Shown piece by piece: positions 22,662 through 36,261 of a stretch of DNA of 64,000 nucleotides. The notes beneath the pieces were generated by a model that had not been told where the DNA came from, made no database searches, and worked only from the letters and a program-made list of their open reading frames with translations. The number at the start of each line of letters is the position of its first letter. Positions within the stretch are counted from its first letter, which is position 1. The translations under genes and the position numbers were made by a program. Source of the DNA: Okamejei kenojei (Eukaryota); contig CM069160.1 in the NCBI GenBank assembly GCA_035221665.1, positions 15,252,001 to 15,316,000 on the forward strand. The letters are read 5' to 3'.

Positions 22662-25325
22662 TCAGTATCCCGTACCTGCCTTCTCTCCATACCCCCTGAT
22701 CCCCTTAGCCACAAGGGCCACATCCAACTCACTCTTAAATATAGCCAATGAACTGGCCTCAACTACCCTCTGTGGCAGAGAGTTCCAGAGACTCACCACT
22801 CTCTGTGTGAAAAAAGTCTTTCTCATCTCGGTCTTAAAGGATTTCCCCCTTATCCTTAAGCTGTGACCCCTTGTCCTGGACTTCCCCAACATCGGGAACA
22901 ATCTTCCTGCATCTAGCCTGTCCAACCCCTTAAGAATTTTGTAAGTTTCTATAAGATCCCCTCTCAATCTCCTAAATTCCAGAGAGTATAAACCGAGTCT
23001 ATCCAGTCTTTCTTCATAAGACAGTCCTGACATCCCAGGAATCAGTCTGGTGAACCTTCTCTGCACTCCCTCTATGGCATTAATGTCCTTCCTCAGATTT
23101 GGAGACCAAAACTGTACGCAATACTCCAGGTGTGGTCTCACCAAGACCCTGTACAACTGAAGACCCTGCTCCTGTACTCAAATCCTTTTGCTATGAAAGC
23201 TAACATACCATTCGCTTTTTTCACTGCCTGCTGCACCTGCATGCCTACTTTCAATGACTGGTGTACCATGACACCCAGGTCTCGCTGCATCTCCCCTTTT
23301 CCTAATCGGCCACCATTTACATACTCTTTGCTTCCTGTTTGCCAGCCAGTTCTCTATCCACATCAATACTGAACCCCTAATACCGTATACTTTAAGTTTG
23401 TATACTAATCTCTTATGTGGGACCTTGTCGAAAGCCTTCTGGAAGTCCAGATATACCACATCCACTGGTTCTCCCTTATCCACGCTACTAGTTACATCCT
23501 CGAAAAATTCCACAAGATTCGTCAGACATGATTTACCTTTGTAAATCCATGCTGACTTTGTCCAATGATTTCACCACTTTCCAAATGTGCTGCTATCCCA
23601 TCTTTAATAACTGACTCTAGCAGTTTCCCCACTACCGATGTTAGACTAACTGGTCTGTAATTCCCCGTTTTCTCTCTCCCTCCCTTCTTAAAAAGAGGGG
23701 TTACATTTGCTACCCGCCAATCCTCAGGAACTACTCCAGAATCTAAAGAGTTTTGAAAGATTATCACTAATGCATCCACTATTTCCTGAGCTACTTCCTT
23801 AAGTACTCTGGGATGCAGCCTATCTGGCCCTGGGGATTTATCGGCCTTTAATCTATTCAATTTACCCAACACCACTTCCCGACTGACCTGGATTTCACTC
23901 AATTCCTCCTTTGACCCACAGTCCCCTGCTATTTCAGGCAGACTATTTATGTCTTCCTTAGTGAAGACGGAACCAAAGTAGTTATTCAATTGGTCCGCCA
24001 TATCCTTGTTCCCCATGATCAACTCACCTGTTTCTGACTGCAAGGGCCCTACATTTGTTTTAACTAACCTCTTTCTCTTCACATATCTATAAAAACTTTT
24101 GCAGTCAGTTTTTATGTTCCCTGCCAGTTTTCTTTCATAATCTATTTTTCCTTTCCTAATTAAGCCCTTTGTCCTCCTCTGCTGGTCTGAATTTCTCCCA
24201 GTCCTCTGGTATGCTGCTTTTTCTGGCTACTTTGTACGCATCATCCTTTGCTTTGATACTATCCCTGATTTCCCTTGTTATCCACGGATGCACTACCTTC
24301 CCCGATTTATTCTTTTGCCAAACTGGGATGAACAATTTTTGTAGTTCATCCATGCAGTCTTTAAATGTCTTCCATTGTATATCCACCGTCAACCCTTTTA
24401 GAATTAATTGCCAGTCAATCTTGGCCAATTCACGTCTCATACCCTCAAAGTTACCTTTCTTTAAGTTCAGAACCATTGTTTCTGAATTAACAATGTCACT
24501 CTCCATCCTAATGAAGAACTCAACCATATTATGGTCACTCTTGCCCAAGGGGGCACGTACAACAAGACGGCTAATTACCCCTTCCTCATTACTCAAAACC
24601 CAGTCTAAAATAGCCTGCTCTCTCGTTGGTTCCTCTACATGTTGATTTAGATAACTATCCCGCATACATTCCAAAAAATCCTCTTCCTCAGCACCCCTGC
24701 CAATTTGATTAACCCAATCTATATGTAGATTGAAGTCACCCATTATAACTGTTTTGCCTTTGTCGCACGCATTTCTAATTTCCTGTTTGATACCATCCCC
24801 AACTTCTCTGCTACTGTTAGGTGGCCTGTACACAACACCCACCAGCGTTTTCTGCCCCTTAGTGTTTTGTAGCTCTACCCATACCGATTCCACATCCTCC
24901 AAGCTAATGTCCTTCCTTTCCATTGCGTTAATCTCCTCTCTAACCAGCAACGCTACCCCACCTCCTTTTCCTTTCTCTCAATCCCTCCTGAATATTGAAT
25001 ATCCCTGGATGTTCAGCTCCCAGCCTACGTCACCCTGGAGCCATGTCTCCGTGATCCCAACTATATCATAATCATTAATATATATCTTCACGTTCAACTC
25101 GTCCACCTTATTACGAATACTCCTTGCATTGAGACACAAAGCCTTCAGGCTTGTCTTTACAACGCACTTACCCCTTATACAATTTTGCTGAAAAGTGGCC
25201 CTTTTTGATTTTTGCCCTGGTTTTGTCTGCCTGCCACTTTTACTTTTCACCTTGCTACCTAATGCTTCTACCCTCATTTTACACCCTCCTGCCTCTCTGC
25301 TCTTGTACCCATCCCCCTGCCACAT
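22662..25325 (-). pseudogene. CR1 ORF2 (APE endonuclease plus reverse transcriptase), frameshifted and internally deleted
   Basis: LNARSI, ITETWL, VYRPP, MGDFN, SDHN, KSPGPD, NYRPVSLTS, YLDFQKAFDKVPH. Confidence 0.92.
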
Positions 25326-26269
25326 TAGTTTAAATCCTCCCCGACAGCACTAGCAAACACTCCCCCAAGAACATTGGTTCCATTCCATTCCAGGTGCAAA
25401 CCGTCCTGTTTGTACCGGTCCCACCTCCCCCAGAACTGGTCCCAGTGCCCTAAAAATTTGAATCCCTCCCCCTTGCACCACTTTTCAAGCCACGTATTCA
25501 TTTGCATTATCCTCCTATTTCTACTCTGACTGGCCCGTGGTACTGGTAGTAATCCGGAGATTACTACCTTTGAGGTCCTACTTTTGTTTATCTCCTAGCT
25601 CCCTAAATTCACCTTGTAGGACCTCATCCCTTTTTTTACCTATATCGTTGGTGCCAACATGCACCACGACAACTGGCTGCTCACCCTCCCCCTCCAGAAT
25701 GTTCTGCAGCCGTTCAGTGACATCCCTGACCTTTGCACCAGGGAGGCAACATACCATCCTGGAGTCTCGTTTGCGGCCGCAGAAACGCCTATCTATTCCC
25801 CTGACAATTGAATCCCCTATTACTATTGCCCTTCCCCTCTTTTTTCCCCCCTCATGTGCTGCAGAGCCACCCATGGTGCCATGAACCTGGCTGCTGCTGC
25901 ATTCCCCTGATGAGCCATCTCCCTCAACAGTATCCAAAATGGTATACCTGTTTAGGAGGGAGATGACCGCAGGGGACTCCTGCACTACCTGCCTACTGCT
26001 TTGCTGGCTATTGGCCACCCGTTCCCTTCTTGTCCTCTACCTTTTGCCTGCGGTGTGACCAACTCACTGTACGTGCTATCCACGACTTTCTCCGCATCGT
26101 GGATGCTCCAGTATGAATCCAGCCGCAGTTCCAATCGTTCAATGCGGTCTGCCAGGAGCTGCAGCTGGACACACTTCCTGCAAACGTAGTCACCAGGGAC
26201 ACCGACCATCTCCCTGATCTCCCACATGTTGCAGGCTGAACAAACCACGGGGCCAATCTCTACTGCCAT
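25325..26269 (-). pseudogene. CR1 ORF1 (CxxC..CxxC zinc finger, coiled coil, SGNH esterase), frameshifted
   Basis: CSAC...CRKC..L; IVIGDSIVR, CLPGAKV, HVGTNDI, DGLHL. Confidence 0.88.
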
Positions 26270-26505
26270 ACCTTACTCCCAAATTACTCTGTATTAAATA
26301 TTAAAAAAACACAAAAACTTATCCTTTAAACTTTACTACTAAATACTGAATCCTTAACTCCCAGAATCCCTAACTCCCAGAAGGCAGAAATGTAAAATTG
26401 TAAACCCGGGGTTGCACCCAATCAGCTGCTTCCTCGGGTCCTCTTCCACCAATCAGCGGCTTCCTAAAAAAAAACCCACTTCTCCAAATGGAATGTTATG
26501 GATTT

Positions 26506-26787
26506 TGGTAAAAACAAGCCCCGCGCTTGATTTTTATCCTTACCGGTCGGGTGTCGCTCCTCCCCCTCCTCCTCTTCTTCCAACGGCTCCTGTGGGCCTC
26601 TGGAAAAACAAGCCCCGCGCTAGATTTTTATCCTTACCGGTCGGGTGTTGCTCCTCCCCCTCCTCCTCTTCTTCCAACGGCTCCTGTGGGCCTCTGGAAA
26701 AACAAGCCCCGCGCTTGATTTTTATCCTTACCGGTCGGGTGTCGCTCCTCCCCCTCCTCTTCTTCCAACGGCTCCTGTGGGCCTCTC
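26506..26787. repeat. Three ~94-bp tandem repeats in the CR1 5' UTR
   Basis: aaaacaagccccgcgcttgatttttatccttaccggtcgggtgtcgctcctcc... at ~26506, 26601 and 26695. Confidence 0.9.
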
Positions 26788-26944
26788 TATATAGTGCTCT
26801 TAAAAATAGCGGAGTCAGGGGATATGGGGAGAAGGCAGGAACGGGGTACTGATTGTGGATGATCAGCCATGATCACATTGAATGGCGGTGCTGGCTCGAA
26901 GGGCCAAATGGCCTACTCCTGCACCTATTGTCTATTGTCTACAA

Positions 26945-29900
26945 AAAACTTGACAATTTTACAGCTCAGAGAACAGCTTCAATTTTAACAAAAAGCACAT
27001 TCAATTAAAAAGAGAGAAGAAAAAAAAGAAAAAAGAAAAGAGGGTAGATGTACCTGTTGACCCAGCAGAACACTTGCTCACCCAGACCTGCGAGTAATTT
27101 CAAATATGTGCTTAAATATTGTTTTATTCAAAATCAATAAAAGTGACCATATTTTTAAAAATTGCTTCCATTTATCATTCAAGATAAACCTATTTCTCTC
27201 TAGATGTCATTTCTGTAATCCACATCTTCACTGGAGGGACTTCTGCATTTTTTCAGAATTTAAGTATGAGTTTTTTTGCTGATATTAGTCCATAGGCGAC
27301 AAAGTGTCGCTGAAAAAGTCAATTTACTACACGCCTCTGATATTCCCAGTATTATCAGTTTTGAGGGTACACCAAATGCTGGAGAAACTCAGTGGGTGCA
27401 GCAGCATCTATGGAGCGAGGGAGATAGGCAACGTTTCAGGCCAAAACCCTTTTTCAGACTGATGGGGGGGGGGGGGTGGGGGGGGTGGGGGGGGGCAGGG
27501 GGAAGAAAGGAAAAAGTTTTGAGTCTGCTCTAATGGGACTTTCAGTACATTGGACAGGACGCTGAATACTTCAGTCCAAAAACGTTCTATTTTTGTACAA
27601 AGTACAAAACTGTGGGTTAAAGTGGCGTCTTGGAACTGACACTTGTCGCAGAGAGGGGTAACACTGGGGGATATTTTGTTCAGTTCGGTTTTGGAGAAGT
27701 ATAACCTGTGCAGCACTTTGACCTGTATCAGGCAATGTCTGGCATTTATGGAGCAAGTATGGATATATTGTAAGCTTTCATCCCATATATCATGTGAGAT
27801 TTGTTGACCCATCTCATCTTCCCATGCATGCCTGTAAACCTCAGATGATGGGGTGTTGATGTTTTGAAGGACATTGTAAATGCAGGATATCAACTACTCT
27901 GTATCTGCATATCTATTCAATCATTCATCGAGTTTATCTGGACTTACAGTGTTGTAGTCTTGCATTTATGTTTTTACACAGTCCCTAACCTGAAGATATC
28001 TGAAAAAACTATTGGTATCAAATCATATTTTCCTGCAACTCTTGGAAGGATGAAAAAGTCCCCTTCTGTTAAAGGTCTCCCACAGTGTTGATTCCTTTGT
28101 CCTTCCATTGGGTGAAAACACCATCTAAAGTAGAGGGTTTGAAATAGGGATTGTTTGCAATAGGATAAAGGAGACGTGTCTCTCAATTTGAGACTGAGCT
28201 TCAACTGTTTCCAGATAGAAACATAGATATAGAAACATAGAAAATAGGTGCAGGAGTAGGCCATTCAGCCCTTCGAGCCTGCACCGCCATTCAATATGAT
28301 CATGGCTGATCATCCAACTCAGTATCCCGTACCTGCCTTCTCTCCATACCCCCCCGATTCCTTTAGCCACAAGGGCCACATCTAACTCCCTCTTAAATAT
28401 AGCCAATGAACTGGCCTCAACTACCTTCTGTGGCAGAGAATTCCAGAGACTCACCACTCCTTGTGTGAAAAATGTTTTCCTCATCTCGGTCCTAAAGGAA
28501 TTCCCCCTTATCCTTAGACTGTCACCCCTTGTTCAGGACCTCCCCAACATTGGGAACAATCTTCCTGCATCTAGCCTATCCAACCCCTTAAGAATTTTGT
28601 AAGTTTCTATAAGATCCCCCCTCAATCTTCTAAATTCCAGTGAATACAAGCCAAGTCTATCCAGTCTTTCCTCATATGAAAGTCCTGCCATCCCAGGAAT
28701 CAGTCTGGTGAACCTTCTCTGTACCCTCTCTATGGCAAGAATGTATTTTCTCAGATTTGGAGACCAAAACTGTACGTAATATTCCAGGTGTGGTCTCACC
28801 AAAACCCTGTACAACTGCAGTAGAACCTCCCTGCTCCTATACTCAAATCCTTTCGCTATGAATGCTAACATACCACTGCCTGCTGCACCTGCATGCCTAC
28901 TTTCAATGATTGGTGTACCATGACACGCAGGTCGCGCATCTCCCGTTTTCCTAATTTGCCACCATTCAGATAATAGTCTACCCTCCTGTTTTTGCCACCA
29001 AAGTGGATAACCTCACATTTACCCACATTATACTGCATCTGCCATGGATTTGCCCACTCACCGAGCCTATCCAGGTCACCTTGCAGCATGATACAAATAG
29101 TACCATGTATTATAGGGTTATGATCATACATTGACTTATTCAGGGATATTGGAGACTGGACAATGGAAAATAGGTGCAGGAGTAGAGCCTATGGAGAAAG
29201 GCAGGCAATGTTCTCTTTCCATTTTTAGCCAGTTGGCCTGTTGGTGTGAATCATCCAACCTGAAGATTATGGTTTTAATATTCGTTGCCCAGTAGTAAGA
29301 GAGGAAATTGGGTAAGGCTAATCCTCCATTCTCTTTGGATTTGCACAAGTGTTGTTTGTGTATTCGGTGGCTTTTGTAGTCCCAAATGAGGTTAGTAACA
29401 ATGGAATCCATTTTTTTAAAGAAAGATTTGGGAAGATGCATCGGTACTGTCTGAAATAAATATCAAAGCTGCGGGAGAAAGGTCATCTTTAAGATATTCA
29501 ATGTGTCAAGGAGGGAAATAGGCAGCGTTTTCCAAAATTGAATATAAGTATGAAGTTTTAAGATTAATGGAGGGGCATCTGTTTTGAACAGGAGGGAATA
29601 TTTCTTGGTAACATAAACTCCAAGATATCTGAATTTGTCAGTTACAATTCTAAAAGCGAACTGTTGGAGCCGGGTGATGTCTTGTTCATTTACTGGCATC
29701 ATTTTGCTTTTATTCCAATTAATTCTGTATCCAGAGAAGGTGCCAAATTGGTCTATAGTGGATAGTAAATTTGGGATACTGGTTCGGGGGTTAGTAATGT
29801 ATAATAGTGCATCGTCTGCATAAAGGGAAATTTTGTTAATATCCATATATGCCTGGGTGGGACTTGATACTCTCAGCAAGTGGTTCTATGGCTAATGCAA

Positions 29901-32700
29901 ATAGCATTGGGGAGAAAACGCATCCTTGTTTATTGCCCCTGAATAGTTAAAATTTAAATGAAAGTGTTTGCTTGGTTAATATTCTGGCGCTCGGGTTAGT
30001 ACATAGAAGCTTCACCCATGAGATGAAGTCTTCGCCTAATTGGAATTTTTCCAGTACTGTGGAAAGATAAAACCATTCAACTTGGTCAAAAGCTTTTTCC
30101 GTGTCCAGTGCGATGATTGTGAGGTCCTCGTTCGGTATTCTGTGTGAGTAAATTATATTAAACCGCCGTCTCAGATTATTGATAGAGTGTCGTTTGGCTA
30201 TGAACCCAGGTTGATCTGAGCGTACAGGTTTGCCAATGACAAGGCTGAGTCTACGAGCCAGGGTCTTGGCTAGAATCTTCTGATCAGTATTTAAAAGGGA
30301 AATTGCTCTGTAAGGTCCAGGCTCTTCAAGGTTCTTATCTTTTTTTCCGATTTTTTTTTTTTTTTATTTTAATTTTATTTTATTTTTTTTATAGTGTGTG
30401 AGAAAGAAAAAAGTGCGAAAGAAGAAAGTTGAGAAAGAAAAAGAGTAGAAAGTAAGAGATTAAGGAGATAGTTATCTATATTCTTGACCATCCCTCACCC
30501 AATCCTGAAACAGTTAGCTTCTGGTTTTGTCGCACCATATGCTTCCAAAAAATCGACAAATGGAGACCAACTCGTTAACAATTGGTCTGATATATCTGTT
30601 AGGAGGAATCACATTTCCTCAAGATGTGCAGTGTGCAACGTTTGAAATCCACATTTTAAGCATTGGAATGGCTGTATTTTTCCAAAAATTAAGTATAAGT
30701 TTTTTTTACCATTATTAACCCATAATTAAAGAATATATTTTGAGATGAGTTCAATTTATTCCCATCTGCCATTACTCCAAATATAATCATTTCAGTATTG
30801 TTCCATTTATATCTTAAATAATTTTGAAATATTTACAAAATTATCACTCCAGAATTTATAAAGTTTTATGCAGGAGATAAAAGAGTGTGTTATAGTTGCA
30901 TTTTGGGATAGACATTTATCACAGATGGGGGAAGTATTTGGATAGAATTTATTCAATTTGTTTTTGAGTAATATAATCTCTGTAAAATTTTAAATTGAAT
31001 TTAATTATGTCTTACATTAATTGAACATTTGTGTATATATATCAAATACTTTTCCCATGTTTCCTTCGTAATTTTTATCATTAATTCTCATTCCCATTCT
31101 TCTCTAAGTGCCTCTGTCGATGGTAAATCTATATTTAAAATACTATTATATAAGTATGATATTAATTTCTGTGAGTCAGCATTAATGTTCATTACTTCTT
31201 CCAGTGGATCTAAAGTTATGTTTTGATATCTTTGTATGTATTTTTTCATGAAGTCGCAGATCTGAAGATATTTAAAATATTGGTTATTGTTCAATTTAAA
31301 TTTTAATTGTAATTGTTGGAATGATAACAGATTTCCCATTTCATACATATTCCCGATCCTTTTAATTCCCATTCTTTCCCGTTGATTATATGTTTTATCA
31401 ATAAGAGATGGTTTAAATGAAGGATTTTTCACTATTGGCATTAACAATGCTAGGTGTCTTAATTTTAAGGATAATTTTATTTGTTTCCAAATTCTTATTG
31501 TATCATGTATAATTGGGTTATTCTTATATATTGTGTTGTTCAGTTTTATCGGGGAGAAGAGGATCACTCCAATATTACAAGGAGAACAGTCCTCTTTCTC
31601 CATTCTTATCCATTCTGTCTGTTGGGTAGAACTGTCCAACCAGTAAATTATATTCTTAATATGCACTGCCCAATAATAATACAAAAAGTTCGGAAGTGAA
31701 AGTCCCCCAATGTCTTTTGGTTTGCACAAATGTTTTCTTTTAATTCTGTGTGATCTATAATCCCAGATAAAATTGGTAATATTGGAGTCTAGTTTTTTTT
31801 AAGAAGTGTTTTGGTATATATAATGGTACAGATTGAAATAGGTATAATATTTGTGGAAAAAAGATCATTTTTATAGCGTTTATTCTGCCTATTGATGATA
31901 ACAGAAGTGTTTTCCAGAATTTAAACGACGTGTTGAGTTTATTTAATAAAGGCATAAAATTAGCATTAAATAATGCTTTGTATTTTGTAGTAATTTGAAT
32001 ACCCAAATAGAATCTTCTGATCACTATTTAAAAGGGCAATTGCTCTGTAAGGTCCCGGCTCTTCAAGGTTCATATCTTTTTTCGGAATTAATGTGCTAAT
32101 TGATTCTGCTAGAGTCTGCGGTAAAGTCTGCTCCTTGAATGCCTGGGTATACAGACATTGTAGACGTGGGGAACTGATATCGTTAAATTTTTTGTAAAAT
32201 TCATTATTGAGCCCGTCTGGGCCAGGAGTTCGTCCACTTTTCAGTGATTTAATGGTCTCTGAAATGTCCTTTACTGTTATCTCTGAACCCAATCCTTATG
32301 TTCAGTCGCACTGAGGGTTGGAAGATTGCACTTCTCCAGAAAAGTCTGCATCGTCACTGAATCAGCTGTTGTTTGAGATGAGTAGAGGCTTTGATAAAAT
32401 AGTTGAAATCTTTCATTGATATCTTTGGGTGGTGAGAGCAGTTCTCCTTTTTCCGATCTGATTTTACGTATGGTACGGTCGTTTTCTAATTGACGAAGTA
32501 GTCTTGCTAAAAGTTCATGGGGTTCATCACCGAATTTTGCTTGGTGAATTGAAATGCCCTACTGATTCTTGCTGAGAGTATCTGGTTTAATTTGTATTTG
32601 AGTGCAGCTATTTTGTTATGTTTTCCTGTGGATGGCTCGGCAGCATTTTCTGAGGCCAACTGTTATATTTGTTTTACTAGCTCCAGTTGCCTTTCTTCTC
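26945..32700 (-). mobile_element. Nested degenerate L1-clade LINEs with inserted CR1 (28215-29090) and Penelope (27365-27520) fragments
   Basis: RTPGPDG, YRAIALLN.DQKI, ISLYADD, GGLALPNF, CDKC motifs across minus-strand ORFs; second L1 at 30351-32007. Confidence 0.85.
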
Positions 32701-33599
32701 CTGTTCTGCGATCCATCTTTGACCCGAAACGTCACCCATTTCTTTTCTCCAGAGATGCTGGCTGGCCCGCTGAGTTACTCCAGCATTTGGTGTCTATCTT
32801 CAGTGTAAACCAGATATCTAATGTGCAAAGCAACCCGTTAGATTGCCTTGGATTTTGTGGACACTTTGGTTGCTGACCAGTTCATTCTGTTTGTTGTAAG
32901 AATTTGCTTTAATTAGTTCATAAGTCATTGGAGCAGAATTTGGCCATTCAGCCCATCGAGCCTATTCCACTGTTCAATCATGACCGATCTCTCTTCCCTC
33001 TCAACCCCATTCTCCTGCCTGCTCCCCGTAACCTTTGACTCCTTTACTAATCAAGAAACTGTCAATCTCCGATTCAGCAGATTCACCACGCTCTGGTTGA
33101 AGAAATTCCTCCTCATCTTGTTTGACGGCACTGGGCCTGTACTCTCTGGAGTTTAGAAGAATGAGGGAGGGGGAACCTCATTGAAACATACCGAATAGTG
33201 AAAGGCTTGGACAGAGTGGCCTAGACCAAGTGTGGACCCGTTGGGCCCCGTCCCCCAACGCAATATTCCCCCACTGACCCATAGCCCACAACTGCACAGG
33301 TGACATTGTGACACGAGTCACGGCAACATTCCCCCAACTGTGCAGGAGTGGCCGGCAAGTGTGAGCACGATTGCGACATTTTTAAAGTTCAAAATGGCAA
33401 TAACCTGTAAAATATATGATCAACCAAACTAAGTGGGACCCATTGGTCCCAGCATCACACGGGGGGACTGGTCACCAACGCAATATTCCACCTGTCCACC
33501 AATTCCAATATTGCTTGCCAGTGGGGGGGGGGGGGGGGCTTTCTGTTGCGCTAGAATGGGTGTTGCGGGCCGAAGGCTGGAAGCCAACTGTTGCAATGA

Positions 33600-36261
33600 A
33601 TTTAAAAGCCAAGGCAAGGCAAACAATTTGGCCGCAGCCACCAGACAACCAAAATCCATTTTGCATACACAAACTCTTCAAAAAGGTGAGGCAAACAATT
33701 GGGTGCAAGCAATAACCTGACAACTAAAATTTATTTTGTGAACACAACATTTTTTTTTAAATGCGAGGCTAACATTTGGGCAGCAAGCAGCCAAATGACA
33801 ACCAAAATCCATTTTGTGAACGCAACCGTTTTAAAAAGGTGAGGCAAACAATTGTGCCGCAGCCACCTGACAACCAAAATCTATTTTGTGAACACAAACT
33901 CTTTAAAAAGGTGAGGCAAACAATGGGGTCGCAGCCATCTGACAGCCAAAATCCATTTTGTGAACACAAACTTTTTTTTAAAAAGGCGAGGCAAACAATT
34001 GGGCAGCAAGCAGCCACCTGACAACCAAAATCCATTTTGTTAACACAAACTCTTTAAAAAGGCGAGGCAAACAATTGGTCCGCAGCCACCTAACAACCAA
34101 AGACCATTTTGTGAACACATACTCTCTAAAAAGGTGAGGCAAACAATTGGGCCGCAGCCGCCTGACAACCAAAATCCAATTTGAGAACACAAACTCTCTA
34201 AAAAAGGCGAGGAAAACAATTGGGCCACAGCCGCCTTACAACCAAAATTCATTTTATGAACACAAGCTCTTTAAAAAGGCGAGGGAAACAAATGTGACAC
34301 TGCGGCCTGTCAACCAAAACCCATTTGTGAACACAAACTCTTTAAAAAGGCAAGACAAACAATTGGGCCATGGACGCCTGTCAAACAAAATCCATCTTGT
34401 GAACACAATCTCTTTAAAAAGGCGAGACAAACAATTGGGCCACAGCCGCCTGAAAACCAAAATCCATTTTGTGAACACAACTTTTTAAAAAGGCGAGGCA
34501 AACAATTGGGCTGCAGCCGCCTGAGAACCAAAATCCATTTTGTGAACACAAACTCTTCAAAAAGGCAAGGCAAACAATAGGGTTGCAGTCAGCTGACAAC
34601 CAAATCAATTTTCTGACCACAAACTTTTTAAAAAGGCGAGGCAAATAATTGGGAAGCAAGCAGCCACCTGCCAACCCAAGTGCATTTTGTGAACACAAAC
34701 GCTTTAAAAAGGCGAGGCAAACAATTGGACCACAGTCACCTGACAACCAAAATCCATTTTGTGAACACATACTCTTTAAAAAGGCGAAGCAAACCATTGG
34801 GCCGCAGCCGCCTGACAACCAAAATCCATTTTGTGAACACAAACTCTTTATAAGGCAAGGCAAAGAATTGGGCCGCAGCCGCCTTACAACCAAAATCCAT
34901 TTTGTGAACACTAACTCTTTAAAAAGGCGAGGCAAACAATTGTGATGCAGCCGCCTGTCAACCAAAACCCATTTTGTGAACTCAAACTCTTTAAAAAGGC
35001 GAGGCAAACAATTGGGCTACGGATGCCAGTCATCCAAAATCCATTTTGTGAACACAAGCTTTTTTTTTAAAGAAAGGTAAGGCAGACAATTCGGCAGCAA
35101 ACAGCCACCTGACAACAAAAATTCATTTTGTAAACACAAACATTTTTTTAAAAAGGCGAGGCAAACAATTGGGCAGCAAGCAGCCAAATGACAACAAAAA
35201 TCTATTTTGTGAATACAAACTCTTTAAAAAGGCGAGGCAGACAATTGTTGCCGCAGCCACCTGACAAATAAAATCCATTTTGTGAACACAAACTTTTTTT
35301 TAAAAAGGCGAGGCAAACAATTGGGCAACAAGCAGCCAAATGACAACCAAAATCCATTTTGTGAAAACAAACTCTTTAAAAAGGCGAGGCAAACAATTGG
35401 GCAGCAAGCAGCCACCTACCAATCCAAATCCATTTTGTGAACACAAACTCTTTAAAAAGGTGAGGCAAACAATTGTGCCGCAGCCACCTGACAACCATAT
35501 TCCATTTTGTGAACACAAACTCTTTATTAAAAAGGCGAGGCAAACAATTGGGCAGCAAGCAGCCACCTACCAATCCAAATCCAATTGTGAACACAAACTC
35601 TTTAAAAAAGGTGAGGCAAACAATTGTGCCGCAGCCACCTGACAACCATATTCCATTTTGTGAACACAAACTCTTTTAAAAGGCGAGGCAAACAATTGGG
35701 CCGCAGCCACCTGACAACCAAATTCCATTTTGTGAACACAAACTCTTTTAAAAGGCGAGGCAAACAATTGGGCCGCAGTCACCTGACAACCAAAATCCAT
35801 TTTATGAACACAAACTTTTCAAAAAGGCGAGGCAAACAAATGGGCCGCAGCCAATGACAACCCAAAAACCATTTTGTGAACACAACATTTTTTAAAAAAG
35901 GCGAGGCAAACAATTTGGCAGCAAGCAGCCACCTGACAACCAAAATTCATTTTGTGAACATAAACCTTTTTTAAAAAGGCGAGGCAAACAATTGGGCAGC
36001 AAGCAGCCACCTGACAACCAAAATTCATTTTGTGAACATAAACTTTTTTTAAAAAGGCGAGGCAAACAATTGGGCAGCAAGCAGCCACCTGACAACCAAA
36101 ATTCCTTTTGTGAACACAATCTCTTTTTTTAAAAAGGTGAGGCAAACAATTGGGAAGCAAATAGCTACCTGACAACCAAAATCCATATTGTGAACACAAA
36201 CATTTGGAAAAAAAGGCGAGGTAAACAATTGGGCAGCAAGCAGCCACCTGACAACCAAAAT
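33600..36261. repeat. Satellite array, 72/76-bp unit
   Basis: aaaaaggcgaggcaaacaattggg(cagcaa|cc)gcagccacctgacaaccaaaatccattttgtgaacacaaactcttt, roughly 35 units. Confidence 0.97.

Larger units (their letters stand above)
22563..26790 (-). mobile_element. Near full-length CR1/HER1 LINE nested in another CR1 fragment (22130-22562 plus 26790-26940)
   Basis: ORF1, endonuclease and RT in order, (ctatgttt)n tail at 22563-22585, tandem-repeat 5' UTR. Confidence 0.93.
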
